Shown one piece after another: positions 53,213 through 64,000 of a stretch of 64,000 nt of DNA (its first letter is position 1; the number at the start of each line of letters is the position of its first letter). Made by a program: the position numbers and the translations under genes. The stretch is from Nitrospirota bacterium (GTDB lineage: Bacteria; Nitrospirota; UBA9217), in the NCBI GenBank assembly GCA_963845065.1, contig CAWJQQ010000003.1, positions 1-64,000 of the forward strand. The letters are read 5' to 3'. The notes beneath the pieces were generated by a model that did no database searches, was not told the origin of the DNA, and saw only the letters and a program-made list of their open reading frames with translations.

Positions 53213-54130
53213 TTAGTTTCCACGTATTTCTCGCCTCACAGGTACCAGTAGAAGCGGAGTAACAGAGCGTCGAGTTACATTCGGTGTGGTACTTCCCGAC
53301 CAGAAGGCATCCATGCCGGTCTTCCCGTGAGTTGCTAGGGCGATCAGATCGGCCTCCGTCTCCTTCGCCGTGACAACAATGGTTGTGACGGGATCGCCAC
53401 GAAGGACATCGGCCCTAGCCGTAATCCCTGCAGACTGTAATTTGGCTACATGACGGTGCAGGTACTCTTTAGCGTCCAGCTCTGCCAGGTCCAGCAATAT
53501 ATGTGTTGCTCCGGGCAGTATCTTTGCTGTGGCTGCTTCCTCGCCGGAGAGTGTGTTATACTTTTGAACTACCATAATTAGAATTAACTCGGCTCCACAG
53601 ATTTTTGCTAGACTTGCCGCTACGTTTAACCCCTCTTCGTGGTCAAGGTTACCGTCCAATGTCACCAACATTCTTTTACATGTAAATGTAGGTGCGGCTC
53701 CGCTCATAGATGGCGGTATGAGCAGGATTGGCGTTGTACCAAGCCCGACTACCTGTTGCGCAATTCTACCAAACATAATGTCGTGCAGACCCCCACGACC
53801 ATGGGTGCACATTACGATCAGGTCAGAGTCTAACTCCCTCTCATGTTCAGCGATACTTTGAGCTACGTTGTTTACCTCATTGCTGTGAATATGCCCTTCA
53901 ACCATTAATTCTGACGGAAAAGCACGTGCGACCACTTCATCAATGTATCTCCCGGCGTCGCCGGGGTTAGTCAGATGCCGTTCGCCGTGGATTTCCTGTG
54001 GTGCATCGCGCTCAATGACGTGGAGCAGAGAGACCTTGGCTTTCAAAGCCCTGGCAAAATAAATGGCAGCGGGCAATGCCGCTTCCGCAAGGTGCGACCC
54101 GTCCAAAGGGACTAACAAATGTTTGAACAT
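53213..54130 (-). CDS. Universal stress protein (two USP domains)
   Basis: LVPLDGS, DLIVMCTHGRGG, DLIALATHG. Confidence 0.92.
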   Translation of the reverse strand: MFKHLLVPLDGSHLAEAALPAAIYFARALKAKVSLLHVIERDAPQEIHGERHLTNPGDAGRYIDEVVARAFPSELMVEGHIHSNEVNNVAQSIAEHERELDSDLIVMCTHGRGGLHDIMFGRIAQQVVGLGTTPILLIPPSMSGAAPTFTCKRMLVTLDGNLDHEEGLNVAASLAKICGAELILIMVVQKYNTLSGEEAATAKILPGATHILLDLAELDAKEYLHRHVAKLQSAGITARADVLRGDPVTTIVVTAKETEADLIALATHGKTGMDAFWSGSTTPNVTRRSVTPLLLVPVRREIRGN

Positions 54131-55441
54131 TTATAACCCCGTTATAAATACCTGATAAACCAGGTAAACGTTTAAAGCTAAAATCAAGGCTGCCACAATA
54201 CTTGTAAGCGTCGTTGTGGCAATGTGGTTGACCAATACTCCCATCAAGCTTTTGCGTCTGGTGAACACGATCAGTGGAATGATGGCGAACGGAAGTCCAA
54301 AGCTTAGCACCACTTGGCTGATTACCAGGGTGCGTGTCGGGTCCAGCCCGATAAAGATAACTACCAGGGATGGAATAATTGTAACCAGACGGCGGATCCA
54401 GACGGGGATTCGCCGCTGCAAGAATCCCTGCATCATAACCTGTCCCGCCATTGTACCGACCGCAGAGGAAGACAGGCCGGAAGTGAGAAGTGAAATGGCA
54501 AAGATCCAGCTTGATGCCCTGCCCAGCAATGGTTCCAGGGTGCGATGAGCTGTTTCGAGACTTCCAACTTGGGTTAGTCCATGCTTAAAGAACGTTGAGG
54601 CTGCCATGATCAGCATCCCCATGTTGACTAGGCTTGCTAGCCCCATAGCAACGACCACATCCACTATCCCATAATGGAACAACCGCCGTAATTGGTTCGC
54701 GTCCTTGACTACAATGCGGCCTTGAGTGAGTGCGGAATGCAAATAGATGGCGTGGGGCATGACCGTTGCGCCCACGATACCCGTCGCAAGCAAAACGCTC
54801 TCCGTTCCAGAAAATTGAGGAACGACTGAGTGATACAGTACATTGCCCCAGTTCGGCTTATCCAGGATGGTTTCGATCAGGTAGCTGACCGTTACAACAC
54901 CTGCCAAAGCCGTAATTACCGCCTCGACCGGTCGGAAGCCGTAACGCTCTAGACCCAGGATGAGGAAAGTGGTGGCGGCGGTTATGAGACCGGCCAGCCA
55001 GAGAGAGGTGCCAAAAAGCAGATAAAAGCCGACGGCTGCTCCCATGAACTCGGCCAGGTCGGTCGCAATCGCCACAATCTCCATCAATACCCACATCGTA
55101 ATAACAACAGAACGTGAAAAATGATTGCGGCAATGTTCGGCCAGATTCAGTCCCGTGGCGATGCCGAGCTTGGCCGACAGTGCCTGGACCAGCATTGCCA
55201 TCAGGTTGCTGGCAACGATGACCCATAGCAGGGTGTACCCGAATTTAGCGCCGCCCTGGATGTTGGTGGCGAAGTTGCCGGGATCGATATAAGCGACACT
55301 GGCGATGAATGCAGGCCCCAGAAAAGGGAGAAGGCGGGAAAAGGGCCCCTTCTGGCTGCGATAAGCTAGAACATCCATGGCAGTATCGATCGTCCCTTGA
55401 TCGCCAGCTTTCCTGTGTTGAGTCTTATCGGGTTCATCCAT
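54131..55441 (-). CDS. mntH: Nramp family divalent metal transporter
   Basis: AYIDPGNFATN, GATVMPHAIYLHS, SQVVLSFGLPF. Confidence 0.94.
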   Translation of the reverse strand: MDEPDKTQHRKAGDQGTIDTAMDVLAYRSQKGPFSRLLPFLGPAFIASVAYIDPGNFATNIQGGAKFGYTLLWVIVASNLMAMLVQALSAKLGIATGLNLAEHCRNHFSRSVVITMWVLMEIVAIATDLAEFMGAAVGFYLLFGTSLWLAGLITAATTFLILGLERYGFRPVEAVITALAGVVTVSYLIETILDKPNWGNVLYHSVVPQFSGTESVLLATGIVGATVMPHAIYLHSALTQGRIVVKDANQLRRLFHYGIVDVVVAMGLASLVNMGMLIMAASTFFKHGLTQVGSLETAHRTLEPLLGRASSWIFAISLLTSGLSSSAVGTMAGQVMMQGFLQRRIPVWIRRLVTIIPSLVVIFIGLDPTRTLVISQVVLSFGLPFAIIPLIVFTRRKSLMGVLVNHIATTTLTSIVAALILALNVYLVYQVFITGL

Positions 55442-55796
55442 AAGGGCTCTTATGTATTTTTGTGAATAAATAGGCAAATGCTACTTGCAAGATTAAGGCA
55501 GAAATTAAGACTTGTTTTTTCATGATGTATTCCTTAATTAATTGACTCCATATCACTAGCAGCATCTTGGGCGAATATATGATATTCTTGATTTTCTGGG
55601 TTGTCAACAATGTCGATCTGAGTATTTTATGGGTACAATGTTAACGAATACCGCTTCAAGTAAACCGCTCCGCGGCAGAGAAGCATAGACCGCTTCCTTC
55701 TACCACCATCACTTCGCTTGATATTTTCTGAGTGGTTTCCGTGTTACCATATTTCTCCATTGCAGTTCAATCTTATTTCACAAGGACAGTATAGTC

Positions 55797-55872
55797 ATGG
55801 AAAACTGGTACGAGAAGTCCATCAATGCCCTGCAACTGAGCGGTATGTCCGAACGAACGCAGGCAAGCTATA
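55797..55872 (+). pseudogene. N-terminal scrap of a tyrosine integrase (SAM-like domain)
   Basis: MENWYEKSINALQLSGMSERTQASY resembles integrase N-terminal L.G.S.RT..Y; cut off by an IS110 end. Confidence 0.5.
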
Positions 55873-55884
55873 ACTCCAAATGCG

Positions 55885-55987
55885 ATAATCTCATAAAGCA
55901 CCTCCTGGGATTGGCGTCTCTTCCCAAGAGCATATCAGAACCTTTTAGATTCTGGTATGCTCGGAGGTGCCCTTTATATGATTATCA
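55885..55987 (-). mobile_element. Left end of a related IS110/IS1111 element
   Basis: Reverse complement TGATAATCATATAAAGGGCACCTCCGAGCATA..GGAGGTGCTTTATGAGATTAT aligns with 50563-50669. Confidence 0.82.
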
Positions 55988-56024
55988 AGTTAGATTCGAT
56001 ATTCTTCGTCTTAATGAAATTGAA

Positions 56025-57461
56025 CCTGAATCCGGCATGAAAATGGTCAAATTTTCATTCGAGCAATTTTATTGATAGCGTACTCGAATGCTTCACGGTA
56101 CCAGAAATTTAACGGAAGTTTTAATGTTGGCCGGTTTTCAGATTTTACCAAGACGCCTGGAACGAGTAATAGACGTGATCGCAAAGTTTTGAGCATCATC
56201 GTTTGAACACCCTTTGGTAAGCAGAGGCGCTTGAACCAGTTGATCAGATTATACGAAAACATCAGAATGTGAAAATACGCTTCGTTGGCTGCGAAGTGCT
56301 TTGTCGGTATCTTGGCCAATGGATAATCGCCTTTGAATTCTTTGATAATGAGTTCCAAAGCAACTCGACCGATGTAAAACCTCCACGTGTTGAGCGGAGT
56401 TAGGCTCAGGTTTGTCACAATGACCTGATAACTGTACTTGCCCATTGTGAACAGAGTAAGTTGCTCCGATGGGTCTTCGGGAATCGGGCGTCGGATCACA
56501 ACAAACCGATATTCCCTGTGTTCTGCCTGGATGGGATATGTAAACTCGGATGTCTCCATTCCGAATGCATAACGGTGATACGATAATCCCGCAAGCCTTC
56601 TTTTGATTGGCGGTGTCAGCCTGACAACGAAGCAAACAGGGCGTTCCTGGATTCCAGATACTCGACAGTCTTGTGGTCGAAAAAACCCTTGTCTACCCTG
56701 ATGATTATGACTTTTACTGAGGGTGGCACTTTGGCAAATGATGCCTTCAGAAAGTCGAGAACATCCGCAGCGGTATGCGCGTCGCCTGGCCGGAGTTCTC
56801 CGTTCCAGTAGTCCTTGGCAATGTCGTTGAAGCAAACGAGAGGATGGTACGAAGGCCTTCCACGATTCTTCGAATTGTATCCGACGTTGGCCATCTCCTA
56901 TTTCCCGCACAAAACGAGAACGGTAGAGTACATGTCAGAGATAATGCGGGTAGGTAAATAGGGCTTCAGCATCATCGACGAGAGCAGTTTGTCGTGAAGT
57001 CGCCTGAGCCTTGGCAGAGACAGTGGCGCTATTCTCAGAAGAAAGCGCCGCAAGGTCGACGGATCGGGATATGTAGGCAAACCGGTAAGATATTGAAAGA
57101 CTCCGTTGTGTTTCAGCAGATGGGTTGTTTCGATCCTGCCGAAGCCGAGGATGATTGGATAAACCAATGACAGTATTGATTCTGAGATCGTGAAGTGATT
57201 GTTGCGTTGAGTAAATCGCGTTTCGTTGTAGTGAAGTGTTTTGAGCTTGAGTTTTTTGAAAAATAGGAACAGCAAATAAACGCCGCCGAAGTGGGTAAAG
57301 TTTTTCCCAACAAAAGACAGCACCAAATTTTTGGGGCCTAAGCGCATTGCGAATGAACCTAACTTTTTGGTAGGTTTGTTCGTTGAGTGATTTACACATA
57401 ATTGTACGCATTTTTAAAGGCTGATTCAACACTATAATTTGAGTATCACGCAGGTTTCAGG
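56025..57461 (-). mobile_element. IS1380-family element with broken transposase
   Basis: IRs CCTGAATCCGGCATGA / CCTGAAACCTGCGTGA; split ORFs (GYNSKNRGRPSYHPL, ELRPG, ELIIKEFK). Confidence 0.87.
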
Positions 57462-57729
57462 TTAAAATCTCTTTGGTAAACACCTTCAAACATAGAATGG
57501 TGGCTCAAAATCCTGTCATATTCTGGTAGAACCTTGCAATGTTCATTGATGCGACCTTACCTATTTATCTTCAATGCCGAGATGAATTGGTCATGACGTT
57601 TACAAAGGAAATAGATAACAAAAGGCAGCGCCATTTCAGACCCTGCCTTGTAAGATTGTTCTTGAGTTACATAGCATTCTTAATTCATATCACTTTTTAT
57701 TGAATTTTGAGAAATCCATATCTGTTTTA

Positions 57730-58428
57730 CTAAGGCCTGATTGTGGCAATAAATCTTTGTGTTAACTCAACAGTTCCGCTTTGCATACCATTTCTGCTTT
57801 CTATGACAGGGCAAACTCCAGAAGTGATAATTTTGCCGTCTTGGACGACACCTGGACCGCTATAAATAGCATTATTGAATCTAGGGTCCGTTCTTGTCCT
57901 AGTTTTGCTCGTTTTCAGAGGATCTTCGTAGTAGGCGTATTTTTTCCCTTTTAAGACGCCCGCGTCCGCCAAAATAATAGAAGCATTGGAGGCAGCAGCC
58001 ACAGGCTTTCCTTCTGCTAGTGTCTTCTTCACTACCGCAACCGCTTCAGGAGATACCGGCGGCCCCGGAAACATCCCGACGGCCATACATGGCATGATCA
58101 CACCTACATAGTTATCCAAGTTAATTTCGGATAATCTTAATACGTTTTCGATTTTTTGGGTAGGACCTAAGATGGACTGACCTGATGTAGTAGCTATATC
58201 CACGTCAAATCCTGCATTCTTAAGAAGTTTGGTCATCACACCCACTTCCATTTTGATCGCGAGGTCTATATCCGTCGAATATCCTTCACGAAGAACCATG
58301 AGGACTTTGCGATTGTTCTGTCCAAACGCCTCCGAAGGACCCGTGGCGGGGAAAAAAGCTAAAAAAGAAACTACTCCCATAAAAAAAATTATTGAGATAA
58401 ACTTGATAATCTTGATAATCTTTCTCAT
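57730..58428 (-). CDS. Exported DJ-1/PfpI family protein
   Basis: N-terminal signal/TM, KPVAA, LADAGVLKGKK, VVQDGKIITS. Confidence 0.82.
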   Translation of the reverse strand: MRKIIKIIKFISIIFFMGVVSFLAFFPATGPSEAFGQNNRKVLMVLREGYSTDIDLAIKMEVGVMTKLLKNAGFDVDIATTSGQSILGPTQKIENVLRLSEINLDNYVGVIMPCMAVGMFPGPPVSPEAVAVVKKTLAEGKPVAAASNASIILADAGVLKGKKYAYYEDPLKTSKTRTRTDPRFNNAIYSGPGVVQDGKIITSGVCPVIESRNGMQSGTVELTQRFIATIRP

Positions 58429-58789
58429 TTTTGACCTCCTTATGCATATATTTAAAAAACCTTGGCATTGAAAAAAAACTTGTTCTTTAGTTATGCCTCA
58501 GCATATGTGCTATTTTTTAGTATAGCCCTTAACTAGTTCCGTCACTTTGAATGCCTCCAAAGGGCGACGAACCCCTTAGAGGCTGCATATAGGCACCTTC
58601 CAGATACTCTTTTTCATACGTTCCTCCACAAGATTAAATGGATGGTCGAGAAGTTAATGATGGAAACCACTTATGATAGCATGGATATTGTCTGTACCGG
58701 CACTTTTCATTCCTGTTTGAGCGTATTGACGATCCCGGTTTGTATGCAAAATGAAAGATAGAGTTTCTGGTTGTCGAGATCTTTCGTAC

Positions 58790-59115
58790 TATCCTGCTTA
58801 ACGCCTTGATTGCGCGTATGACAGGGGCAGTTCTGCATGCGGGTATAATCTTTTGAATTTGCTCCGTAAGCCCGGCCACGCGCTCTGTGCATTCCATCAC
58901 AGCGTGGATATACTCTTGCAAGATGATTTGCTGCTCAGGGTGCGGCATATTGATGTCTGCCAGCCAGCGCATGTGAGCCTGGGTCCAAGTGGTTTCCCCC
59001 GAGTAACGGTGTCCGTGCCTCAGCAGCATCGCACTTAATCTTTGGCGGGAGATACATTGGGCCTTGATCGCCTCTTCCCTGCCGTGTGTCAGGTCCCGCA
59101 TAGCTTCACGATCCT
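58790..59115 (-). pseudogene. Internal fragment of a different IS110-family transposase
   Basis: RDL..RE.A...RQRL..LLRHG..Y...WT.AH..WL. Confidence 0.72.
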
Positions 59116-59165
59116 CTTAGGGTGATTATTCCTCCTTTACCGCATTACAAGTCATTAAACAGTTA

Positions 59166-60280
59166 CTAAGGGGAGCACATTATAGTTTGCATTTATAAAG
59201 CAGCATACTGAACGTGCTTCTCCTGAAAATAGCTTTGAACAATATATGGTTTCTTCTGTCGGCTGCGCAAGTAACCACGAACATTGGATAATAATTCATC
59301 CTGCGTGTGCGCTCGCTGCCGTCCGACGGCATTGCTCTTAACGTCCTGGTTCAACATCTCATCCGGATTGAGCTCCGGACTATAGGACGGCAAATAGAAC
59401 AGACGAATCTGCTTCTCATTCTCCGAAAGCCATTTTTTTACGGTACGGGAACGGTGCACAGGATGTCTATCGACAATCAAAAAGACCTTTCGTTTGGACT
59501 GGCGAACCATACGTTTCAGGAAGCCGGTAAACACGTCATCGCGGAACCGCTTCCGAAACACCATGAACGCAAGATGTCCTTTGTTCGTAATGGCAGAGAC
59601 CATGTTGCATCCGAATCGTTGTCCCGTTCCCGGAATGACGGGGGTCTCACCTTGAAGACTATAGGTCCGGCCGGTAGCATGATCGGACCGCAGCCCCATC
59701 TCGTCACCCCAGTAAATCTCGGCTTTTTCGCGCTTCGCCTGCGCACGTATCCGTGGATACTCATGCGTAAGCCAGTGTTGAACTTCTTCAGAGTTCTGTT
59801 CAAAGGCCCGGCGTACGGGTTTCTGCGGGGTAAAACCCCACTGGGCAAGGTAGCGTCCAACAGTCCAGACAGAAAGCTCAACATTGAACTTTTTGGCAAT
59901 CAACTGGGCTACGGCTTCACGGGTCCACAGGTAAAACGGCAGCTTCAGTTGGTCCGGCAAGCGATCTTGAATGGTCTTGCTGACCCTTTCCGCTTGCCAT
60001 GGCTTAAGCGATCCGCCCGTCGGGCGACCTCGTCGTTTTGCTGCGAGCGCTTTGACACCCTCGGTTCGGTGCAATGCAATCCATTTTCCGACCGCGTGAC
60101 GCGTAACACCGAATATCTGAGCAACTTCGACCTGCTTCTTGCCATCAAGAACAGCTTTGACTGCTTTTTGCCTTATGGCCTCTTGTGCATCCGGGGACAA
60201 CGAACGGGCATCACCTTTTTTCATGCCCCAATTATACCATGTTAATGTATAAAATGCAAACTATTTATTGCACTGATTAG
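59166..60280 (-). mobile_element. IS630 family element
   Basis: TA duplication at both ends; IRs CTAA..ATAGTTTGCAT. Confidence 0.88.
59193..60224 (-). CDS. IS630 family transposase, intact
   Basis: HTH, WGDEMG, LIVD, LPSYSPELNPDE. Confidence 0.93.
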   Translation of the reverse strand: MKKGDARSLSPDAQEAIRQKAVKAVLDGKKQVEVAQIFGVTRHAVGKWIALHRTEGVKALAAKRRGRPTGGSLKPWQAERVSKTIQDRLPDQLKLPFYLWTREAVAQLIAKKFNVELSVWTVGRYLAQWGFTPQKPVRRAFEQNSEEVQHWLTHEYPRIRAQAKREKAEIYWGDEMGLRSDHATGRTYSLQGETPVIPGTGQRFGCNMVSAITNKGHLAFMVFRKRFRDDVFTGFLKRMVRQSKRKVFLIVDRHPVHRSRTVKKWLSENEKQIRLFYLPSYSPELNPDEMLNQDVKSNAVGRQRAHTQDELLSNVRGYLRSRQKKPYIVQSYFQEKHVQYAAL

Positions 60281-60551
60281 TAAATGCTGAACACACTAAA
60301 AAGCGTGAAGCCCGATGCTTTGCATCACCCTCTTGCTAAACGTTTGGCTTAATCGTTGTAATCTACTTATCAAAAGAAATAGAATGCACGATATGTGTGT
60401 ATTTTGATATTTAATGTTTTACCAATCTAATAAATATTATTAGAGACATGTATTTTTATAACATAGCACTAAACGAAAAAATGCGACGGAGTATTTTTGG
60501 GGTATTGCAGAAAATGACAAAAAAGGAGGAGGTTTAACTTTTCGCCGGAAA

Positions 60552-61778
60552 TACCCTTCCGTAAGGGAGGGGATGAAGGGCGACGTTTTTTGACAAAAGT
60601 AGATTTACGTGGTAATATGTATAGTATTTCAATGTTGAAAACTAAAGCTTACAAATACCGCCTCTATCCTCCTAAAAAACAAACATTGATGTTCGCTCAA
60701 ACCCTTGATGTCTGCCGAGTGCTTTACAACTCCTGTATTGCAGACAGGAAGAATGCTTTCGAAAAGACCGGCAAGGGTCTTACCAGGGTACGCCAACAAG
60801 AGATCCTTAAAAGCGATAAAACCAGAATAAATTCCCTTGAAGGCATCCATTCCCAAGTCTTACAGAATGTTTTATTTCGTGTTGAGCGCTCCTATCAAAA
60901 CTTTTTCCGGAGAGTTAAAGGCACGTCCGGTAAAGCGGGTTACCCAAGGTTCAAGGGGATCGGACAATATGACTCCATCCATTATCCGCAGACTCCGGGG
61001 TTCCAGTTACTAATACCGCAGAATAGCCAAAGTCATCGTGGACGCCTTAAACTCTCCAAAATAGGGACGATTAAAATAAAGCTTCATCGCCCAATTATCG
61101 GGTCTATCAAAACCTGCACGGTCAAAAGAGAACACGACAAGTGGTTTGCCTGCTTTTCCGTGGAGTATGTGCCTATTCCCGAACTAGTATCTGACAAGGC
61201 CATCGGCGTAGATGTTGGCATTCATAATTTCGCTGTTCTTTCTACGGGTGAGACAATAGCAAATTCTAAGTACTTGCAAACCACCGAGAAGAAACTCAAG
61301 GAATGACGCTTGCTAAGCTTCATCAGAAGGTCCATAATCAGCGTTTTGACTTTCATCATAAGACCTCCTGTAAACTCGTAGATACTTATGGTTTCATCGT
61401 AACAGAAGACCTGAATATCACAGGCATGGTCAAGAACCATCACCTTGCCAAATAAATATCCGATGCTGGATGGGGACAAATTCCTAATTATCTTGCATAC
61501 AAAGCGGAAGAAGCTGGGCGCAAGTTCGACAAAGTCGCTCCTTATCACACAAGCATCATTTGCAGCTGCTGTGGGGAACGGGTGCCTAAAACGCTTGCCG
61601 AAAGGGTGCATGATTGCCCTTTCTGCAAGACCTTCATGGACCGCGATCGCAACGCTGCAATAAACATCCTGAATAAGTCTACGGCAGGAACTGCCGAAAT
61701 CTACGCTTGGGGAGAGGCGGTGCTGCAAGGCCCCTCAACGAACCAAGAAGCTTCGACCGTAAGGGCGAGGTAGTTCAC
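60552..61778 (+). mobile_element. tnpB: IS200/IS605 (IS1341-type) element with tnpB pseudogene
   Basis: AYKYRLYP, GYPRFK, IGVDVG, EDLN, TS..CS.CG, H.CPFC, DRDRNAAINI split by deletion, frameshift and stops; end hairpins; right end GTAGTTCAC. Confidence 0.88.
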
Positions 61779-62104
61779 GTGTACTAGGAACTACAACGGT
61801 TATAACGCATAGTTGATGTGAAATAGAAGGCTTTTGTCAGGTCTTCACCTTGCAACGCTACCATAATTTTATTAAGATGAACGCAACTACTACAAAGATA
61901 GGGTATAATATGTTTGTAGTAGTAAACGATGAAAATGATAAGTCTGTTTTCGAGGGAATCCCTCCATCGGTCAAAAAATATGTTTACGGAAGATCTGTGA
62001 TGAAGAGAATCTCGTGCGTAGCAAAATTAAAAAGCTAGGAAATTAGACTGACAGGCTTGAATATACGAAAGAGATAAATATTTAAATAGGGGAAGGAGTA
62101 TATC

Positions 62105-62818
62105 ATGCAAAAGGGAAGTATTGTTATCGGAGTACTGGCAGCCTTCTTGACCTTCTTATCACCTGCCTTTGCTTACAATACTATGGACGTCACAAATGGC
62201 GGAAGTATCGAAGGAACGGTTGAGTACGCAGGGGCACATGTTCCGAAAGATCAGGTGGTTGAAATGATACCCGAGAACTCGTTTTGCGGCGTCAAACTTC
62301 CTGCAGAAAGGTATCTAATCAAGGATAGGAAGATCAAGAATGTAGTCGTATATATTGAAGATATTAAGGCTGGAAAGCCGGTCCCCAATGACCCCGTCAC
62401 CTTGACGAATCTGCAATGCGCCTTTGTCCCTCATGTGGTCATCGGGTTTAAGGGTAACATATTCATCGAGCGAAACGATGACCCGATACCGCACAATATC
62501 CATACATACTGGAGTGGAAAGACGATGTACAACATTGAACTTCCGGGAGAAGATATGTCCATCACGAAGCCCCTGACAAGAACGGGGCTTATCGAGGTCG
62601 AATGTGACACCCATCACTGGATGCATGGATATCTACAGGTCTTCGATCATCCATATGCCACAGTTACCAACGAAGACGGAGAATTTTACTTGAAGGACGT
62701 TCCGCCCGGTACCTATACTCTAGTTGCGTGGCATGAAATGCTGAATAGAATAAGAGTGTATAATGTCAAGGTCGAAAGCGGAAAGGTAACGAAGCTAAAG
62801 TTGGAATATGGGAAATAA
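62105..62818 (+). CDS. Periplasmic protein with cupredoxin-like and carboxypeptidase-regulatory-like domains
   Basis: Signal peptide, C.FVPHV, HNIH, CDTHHWM, VPPGTYTLVAWHE. Confidence 0.78.
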   Translation: MQKGSIVIGVLAAFLTFLSPAFAYNTMDVTNGGSIEGTVEYAGAHVPKDQVVEMIPENSFCGVKLPAERYLIKDRKIKNVVVYIEDIKAGKPVPNDPVTLTNLQCAFVPHVVIGFKGNIFIERNDDPIPHNIHTYWSGKTMYNIELPGEDMSITKPLTRTGLIEVECDTHHWMHGYLQVFDHPYATVTNEDGEFYLKDVPPGTYTLVAWHEMLNRIRVYNVKVESGKVTKLKLEYGK

Positions 62819-62938
62819 ACTCTTTGTCAGCCAAGAGTTCGCAATTGTTGTTCCAACATTTAACTTGCAATTCCTCATAGCAAGCAGACTGTCCGACAAT
62901 TAACTGCTTGCGAGTAGTTTATTTCTAACAGAACTGAA

Positions 62939-64000
62939 ATGGCGCATCCCAAAATTCTTGCATTCGTCCTGGCCGGCGGCAAAGGCGAGCGGTTGACCCC
63001 ACTCACCGATTTCCGCTCTAAGCCTGCCGTGCCCTTCGGCGGCAGGTACAGGATTGTAGACTTCGTGCTCAGCAATCTGGTGAATTCTCACATCTATTCT
63101 GTGTATCTGTTAGTCCAATACAAGTCCCAATCACTGATTGAGCATGTACGCAAAAACTGGGTGCTATCCTCCTTCATCCCTGACCATTTCGTGGCTGTTG
63201 TTCCACCGCAGATGCGAATGGGTCCCGAGTGGTTCCAAGGCACGGCCAATGCGGTGTACCAGAACATCAACCTTATCCAAGACCGCGACCCGGAGTTAGT
63301 GATCGTCTTCGGTGCGGACCACATCTACCGTATGGACATTCGGCAGATGATCGACTTCCATCTGGAAAAGAGCGCGGATGTGACCGTGGCTACGCGGCCC
63401 GTACCGCTCGCTGAGGCCTCGGCTTTCGGCGTAGTCGCAACTGACAGCGGGAGGAGGATTACCGGATTCCAGGAAAAACCCGAACATCCAACGCCAAAAT
63501 CGGACGCACCCAGTCGTGCGTATGTTTCGATGGGCAATTATATCTTCAACCGGGATATTCTCATTGAGGCGCTCGTGCATGCGGAGATGAAAGGCCTGCA
63601 CGACTTCGGCTCACACATTATCCCCACCCTTGTGGAAACAGGCAGGGTCTATGCGTACGATTTTGCGACGAACCTCGTACCTGGCACGATGCAATACGAA
63701 GAACTAGGGTACTGGCGGGATGTGGGAACTATTCCTGCATATTTCCAGGCGCACATGGACATGCTGGGTGAGCAGCCCGTCTTCGACCTGCATAATAAAA
63801 AGTGGCCTATCCATCCGGCCGGGCACGAGGGGCCTGCAGCACAGATTTTCAGCGGCGAAATACGGAACAGCATCATCTCCGAGGGGGACATCGTGCGAAA
63901 CGCCAAGATCGTGAACTCTGTCGTCCGACAGGGTGTCGTGATCGAGGACGATGCCATAGTGGAAGACAGTATCATCATGGACTACACGGTCATCAGTAAG
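62939..64000 (+). CDS. glgC: Glucose-1-phosphate adenylyltransferase (partial, runs off the window)
   Basis: VLAGGKGERL.PLT..RSKPAVPFGGRYR, GTANAVYQN, DHIYRMD, FQEKP, SMGNYIF, YWRDVGT. Confidence 0.95.
   Translation, partial: MAHPKILAFVLAGGKGERLTPLTDFRSKPAVPFGGRYRIVDFVLSNLVNSHIYSVYLLVQYKSQSLIEHVRKNWVLSSFIPDHFVAVVPPQMRMGPEWFQGTANAVYQNINLIQDRDPELVIVFGADHIYRMDIRQMIDFHLEKSADVTVATRPVPLAEASAFGVVATDSGRRITGFQEKPEHPTPKSDAPSRAYVSMGNYIFNRDILIEALVHAEMKGLHDFGSHIIPTLVETGRVYAYDFATNLVPGTMQYEELGYWRDVGTIPAYFQAHMDMLGEQPVFDLHNKKWPIHPAGHEGPAAQIFSGEIRNSIISEGDIVRNAKIVNSVVRQGVVIEDDAIVEDSIIMDYTVISK

Noticed and set aside
59307..60245. 312-aa ORF on the plus strand
   Set aside because: Antisense shadow of the intact IS630 transposase; no recognisable motif

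Overview
Bacterial chromosomal window; gene content suggests an anaerobic Nitrospirota- or Desulfobacterota-like organism (inference only). Layout: (1) 1-5.9 kb: end of a tyrosine integrase, then a 5.6-kb integrase-less oxidoreductase island bounded by a 45-bp duplication of the tRNA-Ala(GGC) 3' half. (2) 6-31.6 kb: mostly core genes: group II intron and hydrogenase scraps, a HEAT/HD-GYP pair, an ABC/LolA-like/outer-membrane operon, a PyrR-attenuated pyrR-pyrB-pyrC-carA-radical SAM-carB-greA-pyrK-pyrD cluster and a heme-motif sensor kinase with a sigma54 regulator. (3) 31.7-62 kb: tRNA-Thr(CGT) plus integrase, then a long accessory region rich in mobile DNA (two rve-type IS around a PIN/AbrB module, IS256, IS1202-type pieces and a MITE, IS110/IS1111 copies, IS3, IS1182, IS1380, IS630, tnpB). 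Its cargo includes tandem collagen-like secreted proteins, HmcD-like membrane proteins, an orphan integron cassette with attC, pldA and mntH. (4) The start of glgC. The most notable signal is an IS110/IS1111 element whose 3' non-coding RNA carries readable guide segments matching the terminal repeats of IS1202-type elements, with two filled sites and one empty site in this window. Second is an integrase-less attI-like site preceded by five phased 16-bp palindromes.
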